From the NCBI GenBank assembly GCA_963702475.1, contig CAVPCT010000005.1, forward strand, positions 864,001 through 928,000: a DNA stretch of 64,000 nt. The letters are read 5' to 3'. Shown here in pieces: positions 32,330 through 42,364 of this stretch. The translations under genes and the position numbers were made by a program. Every line of letters starts with the position of its first letter. Position 1 is the stretch's first letter. The stretch is from an uncultured Thermoleophilia bacterium (GTDB lineage: Bacteria > Actinomycetota > Thermoleophilia > UBA2241). Below the pieces are notes generated by a model, which saw nothing but the letters and a program-made list of their open reading frames with translations, ran no database searches and was not told the DNA's origin.

Positions 32330-32354
32330 ATTGACATAATCAATGATTTTATCA
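32330..32354. promoter_or_regulatory. AT-rich tandem palindromes overlapping TTGACA; candidate MarR operator/promoter
   Basis: ATTGAcataaTCAAT followed by TGATtttATCA directly upstream of the MarR-like start. Confidence 0.55.
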
Positions 32355-32365
32355 ACTATATCGCC

Positions 32366-32882
32366 ATGAGTCCGTGCCGCCGCAGACGGAGAGGGAGTCT
32401 TCGAACACGCACCCGGCGCGAGCTACCTGCACGTGTGGCGCGAGGTCTCTCACCTACCGCCAGTTCATGCGACGGCTGGCCGCGGAGACCGGGTACACCG
32501 GCGCGCAGTTCGAGGTGCTGCGCCAGCTCGCCGTGTCTGACGGACGCTCGACGGTCTCGGTGCTGGCGCGCGAGCTCGCCGTCGACCCGGCGGCGTCACC
32601 CGGCTCGTCGCCAGCTCACCGCTCGGACTGGTGGAGCGCGAGAGCGACGCCGCGACGGGAGGCGGCGGCCGGTGGTCCTCACGGACGAGGGCCGCCGCCG
32701 CATGGCCGCCCTGCACGCGCCTGCACGAGCGCGAGACGGCGCTGACGGGGGCGCTGGACCCGCGGACATCGAGACCGCCACGCGGGTCTTGCAGCAGATG
32801 CGCGCCGCGGTCGAGTCCCTTCCCGCGGCGGCCGTAGGGCCGGCGGCGTCGAGACACGGCGCACCAAGGAGGTGCCCCATGA
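32366..32882 (+). pseudogene. MarR family transcriptional regulator, frameshifted
   Basis: GYTGAQFEVLRQL...VSVLARELAVDPAA, GLVERE, RRRPVVLTDEGRR in alternating frames; 3' end approximate. Confidence 0.7.
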
Positions 32883-33524
32883 ACCTACGGCTGAAGCCCG
32901 CTGGAACCAGCGGCGGTTCGTCGCCGTCGCCGCTGCCTCTCGGGGTTAGCGCGTGCCGGTGACCGGCCTCGCCGACCACCTCGCGGTCGAGGCCGGCGAC
33001 CCGGCGGGCTGGTCGATCGTCCACGTCACGCTCGGGCCGCGTTCGTCGCTTTCGCCGGGTGGCACGCTACCTGAACCGGCGCGCCCTGCTCAAGCTACGT
33101 GCGCGGCGCCGTCCCTCACGGGCGCTCGTCGGCGCGAGGCACTGTCGCCGCCGTCCTCGTCGGCGGGCTGCTGACCTCACCGTCCTGCACGCGGTGGTCG
33201 GGCCGTGAGCCGCCGACGCAGGACGCGCGATCGTCGCAGCGCGACAGCCTTCATCCTGCTCGACGGTTGCGCTGCGTGGATGCTGGGTGTGAGGCGTGTC
33301 CTGAGGCCGTCCTCGGCAGGGTCGACTTCCTGGGTCACCGGCACGCGAAGGTCCGGGCGGCCCAGGCCTGCACCGGTCGCGGCCGCTGTGTGAAGGCGTG
33401 CGAGGCGGGCGCGCTGACGCGGCTGGAGAGGGCCGAGCACTCCAGTCACACCGTCGAGGGCCCGGCTCCGCCGACGACGACCGCCACGGCGCAGAGGAGG
33501 ATGGCCGCACCGGCCCGGCGGTAG
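32879..33524 (+). pseudogene. Membrane/4Fe-4S ferredoxin-type protein, heavily frameshifted
   Basis: CEACPEAVLG...ACTGRGRCVKACEAGAL (dicluster-like), hydrophobic fragments upstream. Confidence 0.5.
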
Positions 33525-33587
33525 CAGGCCACAGCCTCCGCCGTGGAGTGGCGGCGCCGCGAATCCTCCTGCTATCCTGCTGGAACG

Positions 33588-34845
33588 ATGACCTCCCGAC
33601 GCCGGCGACCCGCGCACGTCCGCATCTACCGCACAGAAGGCGTGTACCGGCGACGGCGCTTCTTCGCGATCGTGACCGTCGCCGCGGTCGCCATCTTGCT
33701 CGTCGGCGTCGCCGTGGCCGTCACCGTCGCGCGCAGCGAGGTCGGCGGCGGGACACCCGCCGCAGAGGCCGCCGGCGCCGCCGCGGGCGGTGGGGCGGCC
33801 CAGCAGGGTCAGGCGGCCGGACAAGCGTCCGGGCAGGCCGAGCAGGCCTCCGGCGAGGGTGGCGAGACCCCGACCGCGAGCCCGTCCTCCCAGGTCATAG
33901 AGATCGGTTGGGTCGGCGACACCACGCCGGGCTCCATGTACGGCAACCCGCCGGACAACGGGCGCGCCCTGTTCGCGCAGGTGCGCGACGAGCTGCGCGC
34001 CCCCGACCTCATGATCGCCAACCTCGAGGGCACCTACTCCGAGGGCGGCGCCTCCAAGTGCAGCGGCAGCGACTCGTCGCTGTGCTTCGCCTTCCAGGCG
34101 CCGGTCTCGTTCGCCAAGGCGCTCCCTTGGGCGGGCATCGACCTCGTGAGCCTCGCCAACAACCACACCAACGACTACTTCGAGAGCGGCCTCGAGCAGA
34201 CCACGGCCGCCCTGGAGAAGAACGGCATCGACTACACCGGACTCCCCGATCAGATCACGGTCGTGGACGTCAAGGGCGTCAAGGTCGCCGTCGTCGCCTT
34301 CTCGCCCTACCCGTGGAACGCCAACCTCAACGACATCCCGGCGGCGCAGGACCTCGGTACGGCAGGCCCGGGACGAGTCCGACGTGGTGGTCGTGCTCAT
34401 GCACGCCGGGGCCGAGGGCTCGGACAAGACCCACACCCCCAACGGCACCGAGATGGCGTTCGGCGAGAACCGCGGCGACGTGCGGGCTTTCTCCCACGCC
34501 GTCGTCGACGCCGGCGCCGACCTCGTGCTCGGCTCGGGGCCGCACGTCATCCGCGGCATGGAGCGCTACCGCGGCCGCCTGATCGCGCACTCCCTGGGCA
34601 ACTTCGCCGGCTGGGACAACTTCGGCATCAGCGGCACCCTCGGCCTCTCCGGTCTGCTCACCGTGAAGCTCGACTCGACCGGCCACATCCAGAGCGGCCG
34701 CTGGCTGTCCCTGGTCCTCGCAGACCCCGGGGTCCCGGTCCTCGACTCCAACCACACGTCGGCGCGCCTCGCCGACGACCTCTCGGACGCGGACTTCACC
34801 AGGACCTGGCGCATGGACGACCAGGGCCACATCGAGGTGGACTGA
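33588..34845 (+). CDS. CapA family metallophosphatase (poly-gamma-glutamate synthesis protein-like), frameshift near 34360
   Basis: TM anchor, WVGD, IANLEG, SLANNHTND, MHAGAE, GADLVLGSGPHV, SLGNF. Confidence 0.88.
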
Positions 34846-34846
34846 G

Positions 34847-35299
34847 GTGTTCGGCAAGCCCGACGTCGCGCGACTGGCAGCCGACAACGACCTCGACGGC
34901 CTCACCTGGGCCGCCTACCACAGGAACGAGGCCGTGCGCGCGGAGGCGCGGCAGGCGCTCAAAGGCCTCGCCGGCGAGCAGGTGATGGCGTTCGCGAGGC
35001 TGCTGCGGATCGAGCGCATCCAGAGCAGCGGCCTCGCGAGGCGCACGCTGCGCAACTACCCCGGCCTGGAGCGCCTGCAGGACGGCCTGGTCGCGACCGG
35101 CGCCGAGGCCATCGAGCCGCTCCTGCGGTCGTTCGCGGAGACCTACCGCGGCGACGGGATCACCTACCTGGCCTACCGCGACGTGCTCTGGCGCCTCGAC
35201 GACGCCGACCTCTCGGCCTGGCTGGAGGACGCGGATCCCGAGGTACGCAAGCTGGTCGCCGACGCGATCGGCGTCAGGGCGCTGCGCGAGAAGGGCTGA
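34847..35299 (+). CDS. HEAT-repeat-like hypothetical protein
   Basis: EAVRAEARQAL, GAEAIEPL, LEDADPEVRKLVADAIG. Confidence 0.65.
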   Translation: MFGKPDVARLAADNDLDGLTWAAYHRNEAVRAEARQALKGLAGEQVMAFARLLRIERIQSSGLARRTLRNYPGLERLQDGLVATGAEAIEPLLRSFAETYRGDGITYLAYRDVLWRLDDADLSAWLEDADPEVRKLVADAIGVRALREKG

Positions 35300-35329
35300 A
35301 GGAGGACAAGGCGGCCGGGCGAGCTGCCG

Positions 35330-35851
35330 TCAGGCGGCCTCGCCCTCGTCGTTGTCGCCACCCTTGTCTTCGGCGCTCTCGGCACGCTCAGACCGCTCCT
35401 CGGCTTCGAGCCGCTTGGTCATGCGCACCAGCGTGCCCTGCTCCCGCGGCACGATCTCGAGGCTCTCCATCAGCGTGTGCATCAGGGGCAGTCCGCGCCC
35501 CCGCTCCGCGGTCGCGTCGGGCATCGCCCTGAGGTCGAGGCAGGCGCCGCGGAACCGTTCGTCGGCGTCGCGCACCTCGACACAGACGAAGTCCCCGATG
35601 AACGAGACCTTCACCTCCACACGGCACTCGTCGGCTTCACACGCGTTCAGCGAGTTGTTCAGCGCCTCCGCGGTGGCAAGCACCACCGCCTCGCGTTCGG
35701 CCTTCGTCAGCCCGTGATCGCGGAGCATCCCGCGCACGCGCCTGCGGAAGTCCGTGAGCTGTGCCGGCCGGTCAACCACCAAGAGCAGCGCCTCGCGCGC
35801 GGCGGACCGCCGCGGACGGGGGCGCTCACCTTCGTTCCTGTGTTCTTCCAT
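35330..35851 (-). CDS. RsbW-like anti-sigma factor / HATPase_c_2 protein
   Basis: VVLATAEALNN, VEVRD, ERGRGLPLM, GTLVRMTK. Confidence 0.82.
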   Translation of the reverse strand: MEEHRNEGERPRPRRSAAREALLLVVDRPAQLTDFRRRVRGMLRDHGLTKAEREAVVLATAEALNNSLNACEADECRVEVKVSFIGDFVCVEVRDADERFRGACLDLRAMPDATAERGRGLPLMHTLMESLEIVPREQGTLVRMTKRLEAEERSERAESAEDKGGDNDEGEAA

Positions 35852-35946
35852 GAGACGTCATTCGACATGGGTGTCCTTGTCCTTGCGTCAGGAGTGTTCC
35901 CGGCGGCATGCATGGGATGGGGCACGCCGCGCCGAACGACTATCGA

Positions 35947-36150
35947 CTACACGAGCATCCGCCAGGCGAAGTCGCCGGACATCAGCTCGTAGGACTGCGC
36001 GCTCTGCGCCGCGGATAGCGGCTGCTGGGCGGCGGCCCCCTGCGGACCGGCCACCGTCAGCGTCACCGCTGTCGCGATCAGCAGCGTGACGAGCAGCACC
36101 AGGAAGAACGTCGGGATGTGCGGACTGCGGGATGTCGTCGCTGTGGTCAT
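35947..36150 (-). CDS. Small single-pass membrane/secreted protein (67 aa)
   Basis: MTTATTSRSPHIPTFFLVLLVTLLIATAVTLTVAG...; GGGAGG RBS. Confidence 0.65.
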   Translation of the reverse strand: MTTATTSRSPHIPTFFLVLLVTLLIATAVTLTVAGPQGAAAQQPLSAAQSAQSYELMSGDFAWRMLV

Positions 36151-36205
36151 CGTGCCTCCCTTCCCCTCGTGGCTCGAGTGTGCGCGGAGGGGGGCCGGGG
36201 AGGCA

Positions 36206-36222
36206 TCACCCGAAGAGGGTGA
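36206..36222 (-). promoter_or_regulatory. TCACCC-N5-GGGTGA box upstream of the small protein
   Basis: GGCA-TCACCC-gaaga-GGGTGA; -10-like CACACT (36177-36182, minus) 23 nt downstream. Confidence 0.6.
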
Positions 36223-36450
36223 TTGCAGGTGCGGACGCGCGGCCGAGGTCGTCCTCGGGGGCTCTCGAGGTGCGGCTGCGTCTTGGAGCAGGCCACGCAC
36301 TCACGTACGATGTCTCGTGGCATGCTCCGCGGCATGCGGCCGGCGGCGCCGACACGCCCAGGCCGGCGTTGTGTGGATACCCGGCGAGGGCGGTACCCTA
36401 CTCAGACACGACCGCGAGGGCCGGCTTCAGCCGGCGACGGGGAGGTGGGT

Positions 36451-36906
36451 GTGACAGAGCCGGCGTCCGACCGGACCATCACGCGGGCGCAGTTCCGCTT
36501 CGCAAGCGCGCTGGCCGAGATCCTCGTGTCCATCGTCGTGCTCAACCTCTTCGTGGAGTACGTCCACACCGTGATCATCGACTCGTTCACGGTCTCGATC
36601 GTCACCGCGGTCCTGCTCTGGTTGATGCTGCGCGTGATCAAGCGCCTCGAGCACCGCGTGAGCGCCTACTTCAAACGCAGGGAGGGCGCGCTGTTCCGCA
36701 TCCTTCGGCTCCTGAGCGTCTGGGCGATCATGTTCCTGAGCAAGTTCGTGATCATCGAGGTCGTAGCGTTCGCGACCGCCGGACGGGCCGTGCTCGGCGA
36801 GTTCCTCGAGGTCGTGGCGATCGTGCTCGTCCTTATCGTCGCGGAGTACCTGCTGGGCTGGGTGTTCAGGAGACTCGGCGGGCCGGCGGCCGCGGCGGAG
36901 GGGTGA
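36451..36906 (+). CDS. 4-TM membrane protein
   Basis: GGAGG RBS with GTG start; VLNLFVEY...IIDSFTVS...FLSKFVIIE. Confidence 0.75.
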   Translation: MTEPASDRTITRAQFRFASALAEILVSIVVLNLFVEYVHTVIIDSFTVSIVTAVLLWLMLRVIKRLEHRVSAYFKRREGALFRILRLLSVWAIMFLSKFVIIEVVAFATAGRAVLGEFLEVVAIVLVLIVAEYLLGWVFRRLGGPAAAAEG

Positions 36907-36915
36907 GCCGGTGGG

Positions 36916-37521
36916 TCAGAACGAGGAAGCGGCGGCGATCGCGTCGCCCTCGCGCAGGCTCTTGCGGCGCTTGCGGAGGGCTTCTCGATACCCTTCGGTG
37001 CGCTCGTCCCGGCAGTCGAGGAGACCGAGCGCGGCCGCCATCTCGATCTGCTCCAGCGCCTCCGAGGTCAGCCCGGCCCGTTGCAGCACGAGACTGAGGC
37101 GGTCGAAGCTGCGAAGGAGCCCGCGCCGCGCCTCCTCGGAACCCAGAGGATCGTCCGTCGCCTCGAGGTACGCGATGATCGCCGTCCGGTAGATCTCGGC
37201 GGCGCGGGGAGCGTCGTCCCTCTCGCAGCGGTCCGCGTCGCGGAGGGTGCGCGAGATCTCGGCGAGCCGGCTCGACGCGCCGTCTGAAGCGCCGCCGTCG
37301 GGAGCCGGCGCCGTGTCGCTCTCACACTGAGGCGCGGCCGGTGCGGGCGGAGGCGGTGCGGGCGGAGCCGGAGCGACCGCCGCGGAGGCGTGATCACTCG
37401 TCACCCAGGCGGCTTCACTGACCGCCGATGTGCCGACGAGCGCCTCACCCTGCGCTCCACACACCGCGCAGAAGGTGGCCGTCTCACCGATCGACAAACC
37501 GCACTGTGCGCACGCTCGCAC
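36916..37521 (-). CDS. Zinc-ribbon domain protein with Pro linker and TPR-like helices
   Basis: CAQCG...FCAVCG; PAPPAPPPPAP; helical C-terminus. Confidence 0.65.
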   Translation of the reverse strand: MRACAQCGLSIGETATFCAVCGAQGEALVGTSAVSEAAWVTSDHASAAVAPAPPAPPPPAPAAPQCESDTAPAPDGGASDGASSRLAEISRTLRDADRCERDDAPRAAEIYRTAIIAYLEATDDPLGSEEARRGLLRSFDRLSLVLQRAGLTSEALEQIEMAAALGLLDCRDERTEGYREALRKRRKSLREGDAIAAASSF

Positions 37522-37629
37522 TCACCCTCCCTTGGACCCTCACCGATGCTATCGGCAGAATCGGGGACAACATGAGTGCCGCCGTGTGTGGTAGCTTGGC
37601 CCGCAGGAGAAGTGCGACCGCGAGGTGCC

Positions 37630-38610
37630 ATGAAGGCGATCGTCTGCACCGCGTACGGCGACCCCGACGTGCTCAGGCTCGAGGAGGTCGAGAAGCCGCG
37701 TCCGAAGACGGGTGAGGTGCTCGTCCGTGTGCGCGCCACGACCGCGTCCCGGGCGGACTGCGAGATCCGCCGGTTCGAGTTCGCGGCGTGGGTCTGGCTG
37801 CCCGTCCGGCTGGCGTTCGGCGTCTTCAGGCCGCGGGTCCGCATCCTGGGTCAGGAGTTCGCCGGGGAAGTCGAGGAGTCGGGTGAGGGTGCGACCACCG
37901 TCGCGCCCGGAGACCGCGTCTACGGCACGACCGGGATCGGACTCGGAGCCTACGCCGAGTACGTCTGCGTGGGCGGACGGCGCAGCGGAAGCGTCGCGGC
38001 CCCCATGCCGGCGGCCATGAGCTTCGCCGAAGCCGCCGCCGTCCCCTACGGCGCGAGCGAGGCGCTCCGCTTCCTCCGCAAGGCCGCCATAGGCGCCGGG
38101 CAGAGAGTCCTCATCGTCGGCGCCGGCGGGAGCTTCGGCAGCTACGCGGTCCAGCTGGCCAAGCATGCCGGCGCCGAGGTGGTCGCCGTCGACAGCGCCG
38201 GCAAGCTCGACATGCTCCTCGACCTCGGCGCGGACGAGGTCATCGACTACGCCGAGCGTGACTTCACGGACGGCGCCGGGACCTTCGACATCGTCTTCGA
38301 CGTCATCTGCCGGGCGCCGTTCGGTCGCGTCGTGCGCCGGCTGCGTCCTGGCGGCCGGTACGTGCTGGCCAATCCGAAGACGTCCCACTTCTTCCGCGGG
38401 CTCTGGACCTCGCTCACCGGCCGCAAGAAGGTGGTCTTCGGCTCAGGCGCCGGCACGGCAGAGGACCTGCAGGCCATCACCGAGCTCATCGAGGCCGGCG
38501 GACTCCGCCCGGTCGTCGACCGCGTGTACCCCCTCGAGCAGATGGCCGAGGCCCACCGCTACGCCGAGACGGAGCAGAAGAAGGGCAACATCGTCGTGGT
38601 CGTGGAGTGA
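37630..38610 (+). CDS. MDR family NAD(P)-dependent oxidoreductase (quinone oxidoreductase-like)
   Basis: MKAIV..YGDPDVL, GAYAEYV, GAGGSFG, LGADEVIDY, RPVVDRVYPL, GNIVV. Confidence 0.92.
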   Translation: MKAIVCTAYGDPDVLRLEEVEKPRPKTGEVLVRVRATTASRADCEIRRFEFAAWVWLPVRLAFGVFRPRVRILGQEFAGEVEESGEGATTVAPGDRVYGTTGIGLGAYAEYVCVGGRRSGSVAAPMPAAMSFAEAAAVPYGASEALRFLRKAAIGAGQRVLIVGAGGSFGSYAVQLAKHAGAEVVAVDSAGKLDMLLDLGADEVIDYAERDFTDGAGTFDIVFDVICRAPFGRVVRRLRPGGRYVLANPKTSHFFRGLWTSLTGRKKVVFGSGAGTAEDLQAITELIEAGGLRPVVDRVYPLEQMAEAHRYAETEQKKGNIVVVVE

Positions 38611-38718
38611 GGCCGGAGCCCCAGGCGGACGACGCGGCGGCGTGCGCCGAACGCGGGCGGCCGGGGCCGGCTTGCGCCGGCTCCGGCCGCCCGGAGCGCC
38701 GAGACCTGGGGGGTCAGG

Positions 38719-41082
38719 TCAGCGCGCAGCCGCGCCCCCGTGGGCCGGCTGCCGGAGGGCGGGCACGCCCTCGACGTGCGGTCTGCGGGTCAAGCCGGCG
38801 TCGCGCTCGCGGCCGTCACCCACCGTGGCCGGCGCCTGCTCGCCCTCCGGCAGCTGCTCGCCGTCCAACGGCCGGCGCCCCTCGACACTGATGTCCGGCA
38901 GCCACTGCAGCCAGCGCGGCAGGTACCAGTTCAGGTCGCCGAGCAACTCCATGCCGGCGGGCACGATGACGGTGCGCACCACGGTCGCGTCGAGGAAGAT
39001 GGCCACGGCGAGGCCGAAGCCCATCTGCTGGAACATGACCAGCTCACCGGTGGCCATGCCGCCGAAGACGCAGACCATGATCGCCGCGGCGCCGGTGATG
39101 ATGCTCGCCGTGCGGCCGATGCCGTGGGCCACGGCCTCCCGCGTGTCGCCGGTGCGGTCGAAGCGCTCCTTGATGCGCGTGAGCAGGAAGACCTGGTAGT
39201 CCATGGAGAGCCCGAAGAGCAGGCTGAAGAGGAACAGCGGCACCCAGGCCTCGATGCTCTCCACTCTCTGGAAGCCGAACAGCTGGGCGCCGACGCCTTT
39301 CTGGAAGACCAGCACGAGGAGGCCGTAGGCTGCGGCCACTGAGAGCAGGTTCATGAGGATCGCCTTGGCCGGGATGACGAGAGACCGGAAGGCCAGGAGC
39401 AGGAGCACGAAGCTCAGGCTGAGGACGACCGCGATGGCAATGGGCAGCCAGCGGTCGAAGAAACCGAGGTAGTCGACGACGCCGGCCGTCGTGCCGGCGA
39501 CGTACACGTGCGAAGCGGCGGCGCCGAAGGCGCCCGGCACGACGCGCTCACGGAGGTGCCTGACGACATCCTGCGTCGCCTCGGCGGCCGGGTCGCCGGG
39601 GAGCGGCACCGAGAGCACGGTCAGGTCGCCGGCCTCGTTCACGGCGACCTGCGCCGGTCCGAAGCGGCCGTCGCTTTCGAGCGCGGAACGGACGCGGGAG
39701 ATGCCTGCCGTGACGGCCGACGCGTCCGCCCGTCCGTCCACGACGACGTGGACGGGGTTGGCCGTGCCCAGGGAGAAGTCGCGGCCCAGCATGTCCCAGC
39801 CCTGCTTGGCGTAGTGGTCGTCGGGGAAGCCGGCCGCGCTCGTCCCCGTGCTGCCGGTCTGCAGGAAGACGACGGGCGAGGCAGCCAGGAGCAGCACGCT
39901 CACCCCGAAGGCCAGCCAGATCACCGGGCGCCGCATGATGCTGTGTGCGAGACGCTCCCACACGCCGCCATGGCCGTCGGAGCGGCGCACCGCGAACCGG
40001 CTCGCGAAGGGCACATGCAGGGCGTTGACGCGGTCACCGAGCAGGCTGATCACCGCGGGGAGCAGCGTCAGCGACGTGAGCAGCGTGGTGGACACGACGA
40101 GCATGGCGCCGATGCCCATGCTGATGGTGAGGTCCATCGGGACCACGACCATGCCGAGCATGGCGAGGATGACTGTCATGCCGCTGAAGAAGATGGCGCG
40201 GCTCGCGCTGGCGCCCGTGGCCGCGATGGCCTCGATCTTGTCCCGCCCGCCGGCGCGCTCCTCGCGGAAGCGGCTGAGGATGAACAGCGTGTAGTCGATG
40301 CCGACGGCGAGCCCCATCGTGGTGAGGATGTTCAGCACGAAGGTGTTCATCGGATAGACCTGGCCGAGCAGAGCCGTGAGGGCGAGCGCCAGGAGGATGC
40401 TGAGCACGCTGAGCACCAGCGGCATGAACGCCGCCATCAAGGCCCCGAACACGATGACCAGCACCACGAGCGCTGCCGGCAGGCCGAAGATCTCGGCCCG
40501 CTGCATGTCGCTCTCGGCCAGCTCGTTGCCCATCTTGCTCAGGCTGGCGGCACCGGTCAGATGGACGGTGACGTCCCCGCCCCGGTCGGCGGCGACGATC
40601 TCGTGCACCTCGTCGACATGCTCGACGGCCGCGTTCAGGTCGCCCGCCATGACCACCCGAACGAGCACCGCATGGCGGTCCTTGGAGACCTGCGTCGGGT
40701 CCTGCGTCTGGTAGTAGGTCGCCACGCTCTCGACGACACCGTCGAGCCCGGCGATCTCGCCGGCAACCTCGCTCACGCTAGCCTTGAACGCCGCGTCGTC
40801 CACGGTGTGCGCAGCGGAGCGCACGATCACGAACTCCGACAGCTTCTGCGACCCAGACATACGGTCCTGGATCAGGGTCATGCCGACGGTGCTGTCCGGC
40901 TGCCCACCGTGCTGCTTGTTCTCTGAGGTCAGCCCGCTCCCGGGCAGCGCGCTCATGCCGAGAACGGCTGCCGCGATGACGGCCACCCAGATCCCCAGGG
41001 TGCGCCAGGGGTGGGTGGCGCTCGCGCGGGCGAGGCGCCCGGTGAATCCTGCCGCGATCTTCACTGAGGTGCTGCGTGACAT
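38719..41082 (-). CDS. MMPL (RND superfamily) transporter
   Basis: GLAVGIDYTLF..RFREE, FGLSMDYQVFL..RIKE, DATVVR..IVPA. Confidence 0.95.
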   Translation of the reverse strand: MSRSTSVKIAAGFTGRLARASATHPWRTLGIWVAVIAAAVLGMSALPGSGLTSENKQHGGQPDSTVGMTLIQDRMSGSQKLSEFVIVRSAAHTVDDAAFKASVSEVAGEIAGLDGVVESVATYYQTQDPTQVSKDRHAVLVRVVMAGDLNAAVEHVDEVHEIVAADRGGDVTVHLTGAASLSKMGNELAESDMQRAEIFGLPAALVVLVIVFGALMAAFMPLVLSVLSILLALALTALLGQVYPMNTFVLNILTTMGLAVGIDYTLFILSRFREERAGGRDKIEAIAATGASASRAIFFSGMTVILAMLGMVVVPMDLTISMGIGAMLVVSTTLLTSLTLLPAVISLLGDRVNALHVPFASRFAVRRSDGHGGVWERLAHSIMRRPVIWLAFGVSVLLLAASPVVFLQTGSTGTSAAGFPDDHYAKQGWDMLGRDFSLGTANPVHVVVDGRADASAVTAGISRVRSALESDGRFGPAQVAVNEAGDLTVLSVPLPGDPAAEATQDVVRHLRERVVPGAFGAAASHVYVAGTTAGVVDYLGFFDRWLPIAIAVVLSLSFVLLLLAFRSLVIPAKAILMNLLSVAAAYGLLVLVFQKGVGAQLFGFQRVESIEAWVPLFLFSLLFGLSMDYQVFLLTRIKERFDRTGDTREAVAHGIGRTASIITGAAAIMVCVFGGMATGELVMFQQMGFGLAVAIFLDATVVRTVIVPAGMELLGDLNWYLPRWLQWLPDISVEGRRPLDGEQLPEGEQAPATVGDGRERDAGLTRRPHVEGVPALRQPAHGGAAAR

Positions 41083-41135
41083 GGTCTTCCCCCCTGGCTT
41101 CCGTTGTCGCCGGTGTCCCGGCGTGTCACCAAGGT

Positions 41136-41163
41136 GAGTGGGGTCTCGCGCCGATCTGTGACA
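41136..41163 (-). promoter_or_regulatory. ECF-type promoter upstream of the MMPL gene
   Basis: Minus strand TGTCACA-N16-CACTC, resembling TGTCACA-type ECF -35 elements. Confidence 0.4.
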
Positions 41164-41252
41164 ACTCGGGGTGTGATTCCCTAACGCCGCCGCTTGACGA
41201 GTGCGCTGCTAGAATCGGGGCCGTCCCGCATCACCGACGTCGAGGACCTGAG

Positions 41253-41972
41253 ATGACTGGCTCGCAGGAGACGTTCGCGGCACCCCAGCCGGCAGACGTG
41301 GTGCAACAGTACGGCCGCCTCGTCTCCTCCATCTGCTGGCGCATGACGCAGGATCGAGATGCGGCACGCGAGGCGGCGCAGGAGGTGTGGATCGCCGTCC
41401 TCGAGAGCCTGCCGAGCTACCGCGGCGAGTCCTCGCTCGCCACGTGGATCTACACCATCGCGCGGCGCGTTGTGGGGCGCTACGCGCAAGCCCGCACCAC
41501 CTACAGCGTGCGCTTCCTCAGCGCGTACTACGAGGCCGACGGCGAGATCGCGCCACCGGACACCCCCGACCTCGACCACGACCTGTGGGTGCGCGAGATG
41601 TGCGACCTGTGCCTCAGCGGCATGCTCCAGTGCCTCGACACGGACGCGCGCCTGGCCTACCTGCTCCGCGAGGTGGCGGAGCTGGACTACGACGAGGTCG
41701 CCCTCGTGCTGGAGGTCGAGCCCGACGCGGCGCGCCAGATGGTGTCACGGGCGCGCCGCAAGCTGAACCGCTTCATGAGCGGGCACTGCGCGCTTGCCAA
41801 CCCGACGGGCCCCTGCCGCTGCCGCATGCGCCGCCGGGTCGAGAGCATCGACCTGCCCGCGGAGTACACGGCGGTGCGCCGGACGATGCACCAGGCGCGC
41901 GTCATGAGGGAGTCCGAGCACGTGCTGCCGCCCAAGGACTTCTGGCTGGAGCTGACGCAGTCCGCGGCGTAG
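41253..41972 (+). CDS. ECF RNA polymerase sigma factor with Cys-rich linker and C-terminal extension
   Basis: AQEVW...YRGESSLATWIYTIA, LREVAELDYDEVA...SRARRKL; MCDLC..MLQC; HCALANPTGPCRC. Confidence 0.9.
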   Translation: MTGSQETFAAPQPADVVQQYGRLVSSICWRMTQDRDAAREAAQEVWIAVLESLPSYRGESSLATWIYTIARRVVGRYAQARTTYSVRFLSAYYEADGEIAPPDTPDLDHDLWVREMCDLCLSGMLQCLDTDARLAYLLREVAELDYDEVALVLEVEPDAARQMVSRARRKLNRFMSGHCALANPTGPCRCRMRRRVESIDLPAEYTAVRRTMHQARVMRESEHVLPPKDFWLELTQSAA

Positions 41973-41997
41973 GGCCGGTCGCCCGCCGAAGCCCGGA

Positions 41998-42342
41998 CTA
42001 CCCGGCCTCCAGCACCGCTGTCGTAGGCAGCACGCACCAGTGACGAGACGGCCGCGACGTCGGCGGCGTCCGCGAGCGCGAGCTCGGTCCACCCCGGGAG
42101 CTCCTTGCCGTGACCGACGAAGGCGTGTGCCCCGTGCTTCGCGGCGGCGAGGAGGCGCTGCTCCTCCCCGAGCTTGGTGAGGATCAGCCCCTCGCCGCCG
42201 ATCGTCGCGAACAGCACGCCCGGACCCTGTACGCGTGCGAGCCGAACATCTCGCCGGTCGTGACGTCCGGCCAGCCGAGGATCAAGTCGTCCAGGGCGGT
42301 CCGGAGCGCTACCTCAGCCGACGGATCGTTCAGCCTCGGCAT
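41998..42342 (-). CDS. TfoX/YjbR-like small protein, apparent frameshifts
   Basis: MPRLNDP...GEMFGSHAYRVR / VLFATIG...GWTEL...LVRAAYD; stop inferred after an indel. Confidence 0.6.
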
Positions 42343-42364
42343 GTGCGCGGCAGGCCGACAGCGC

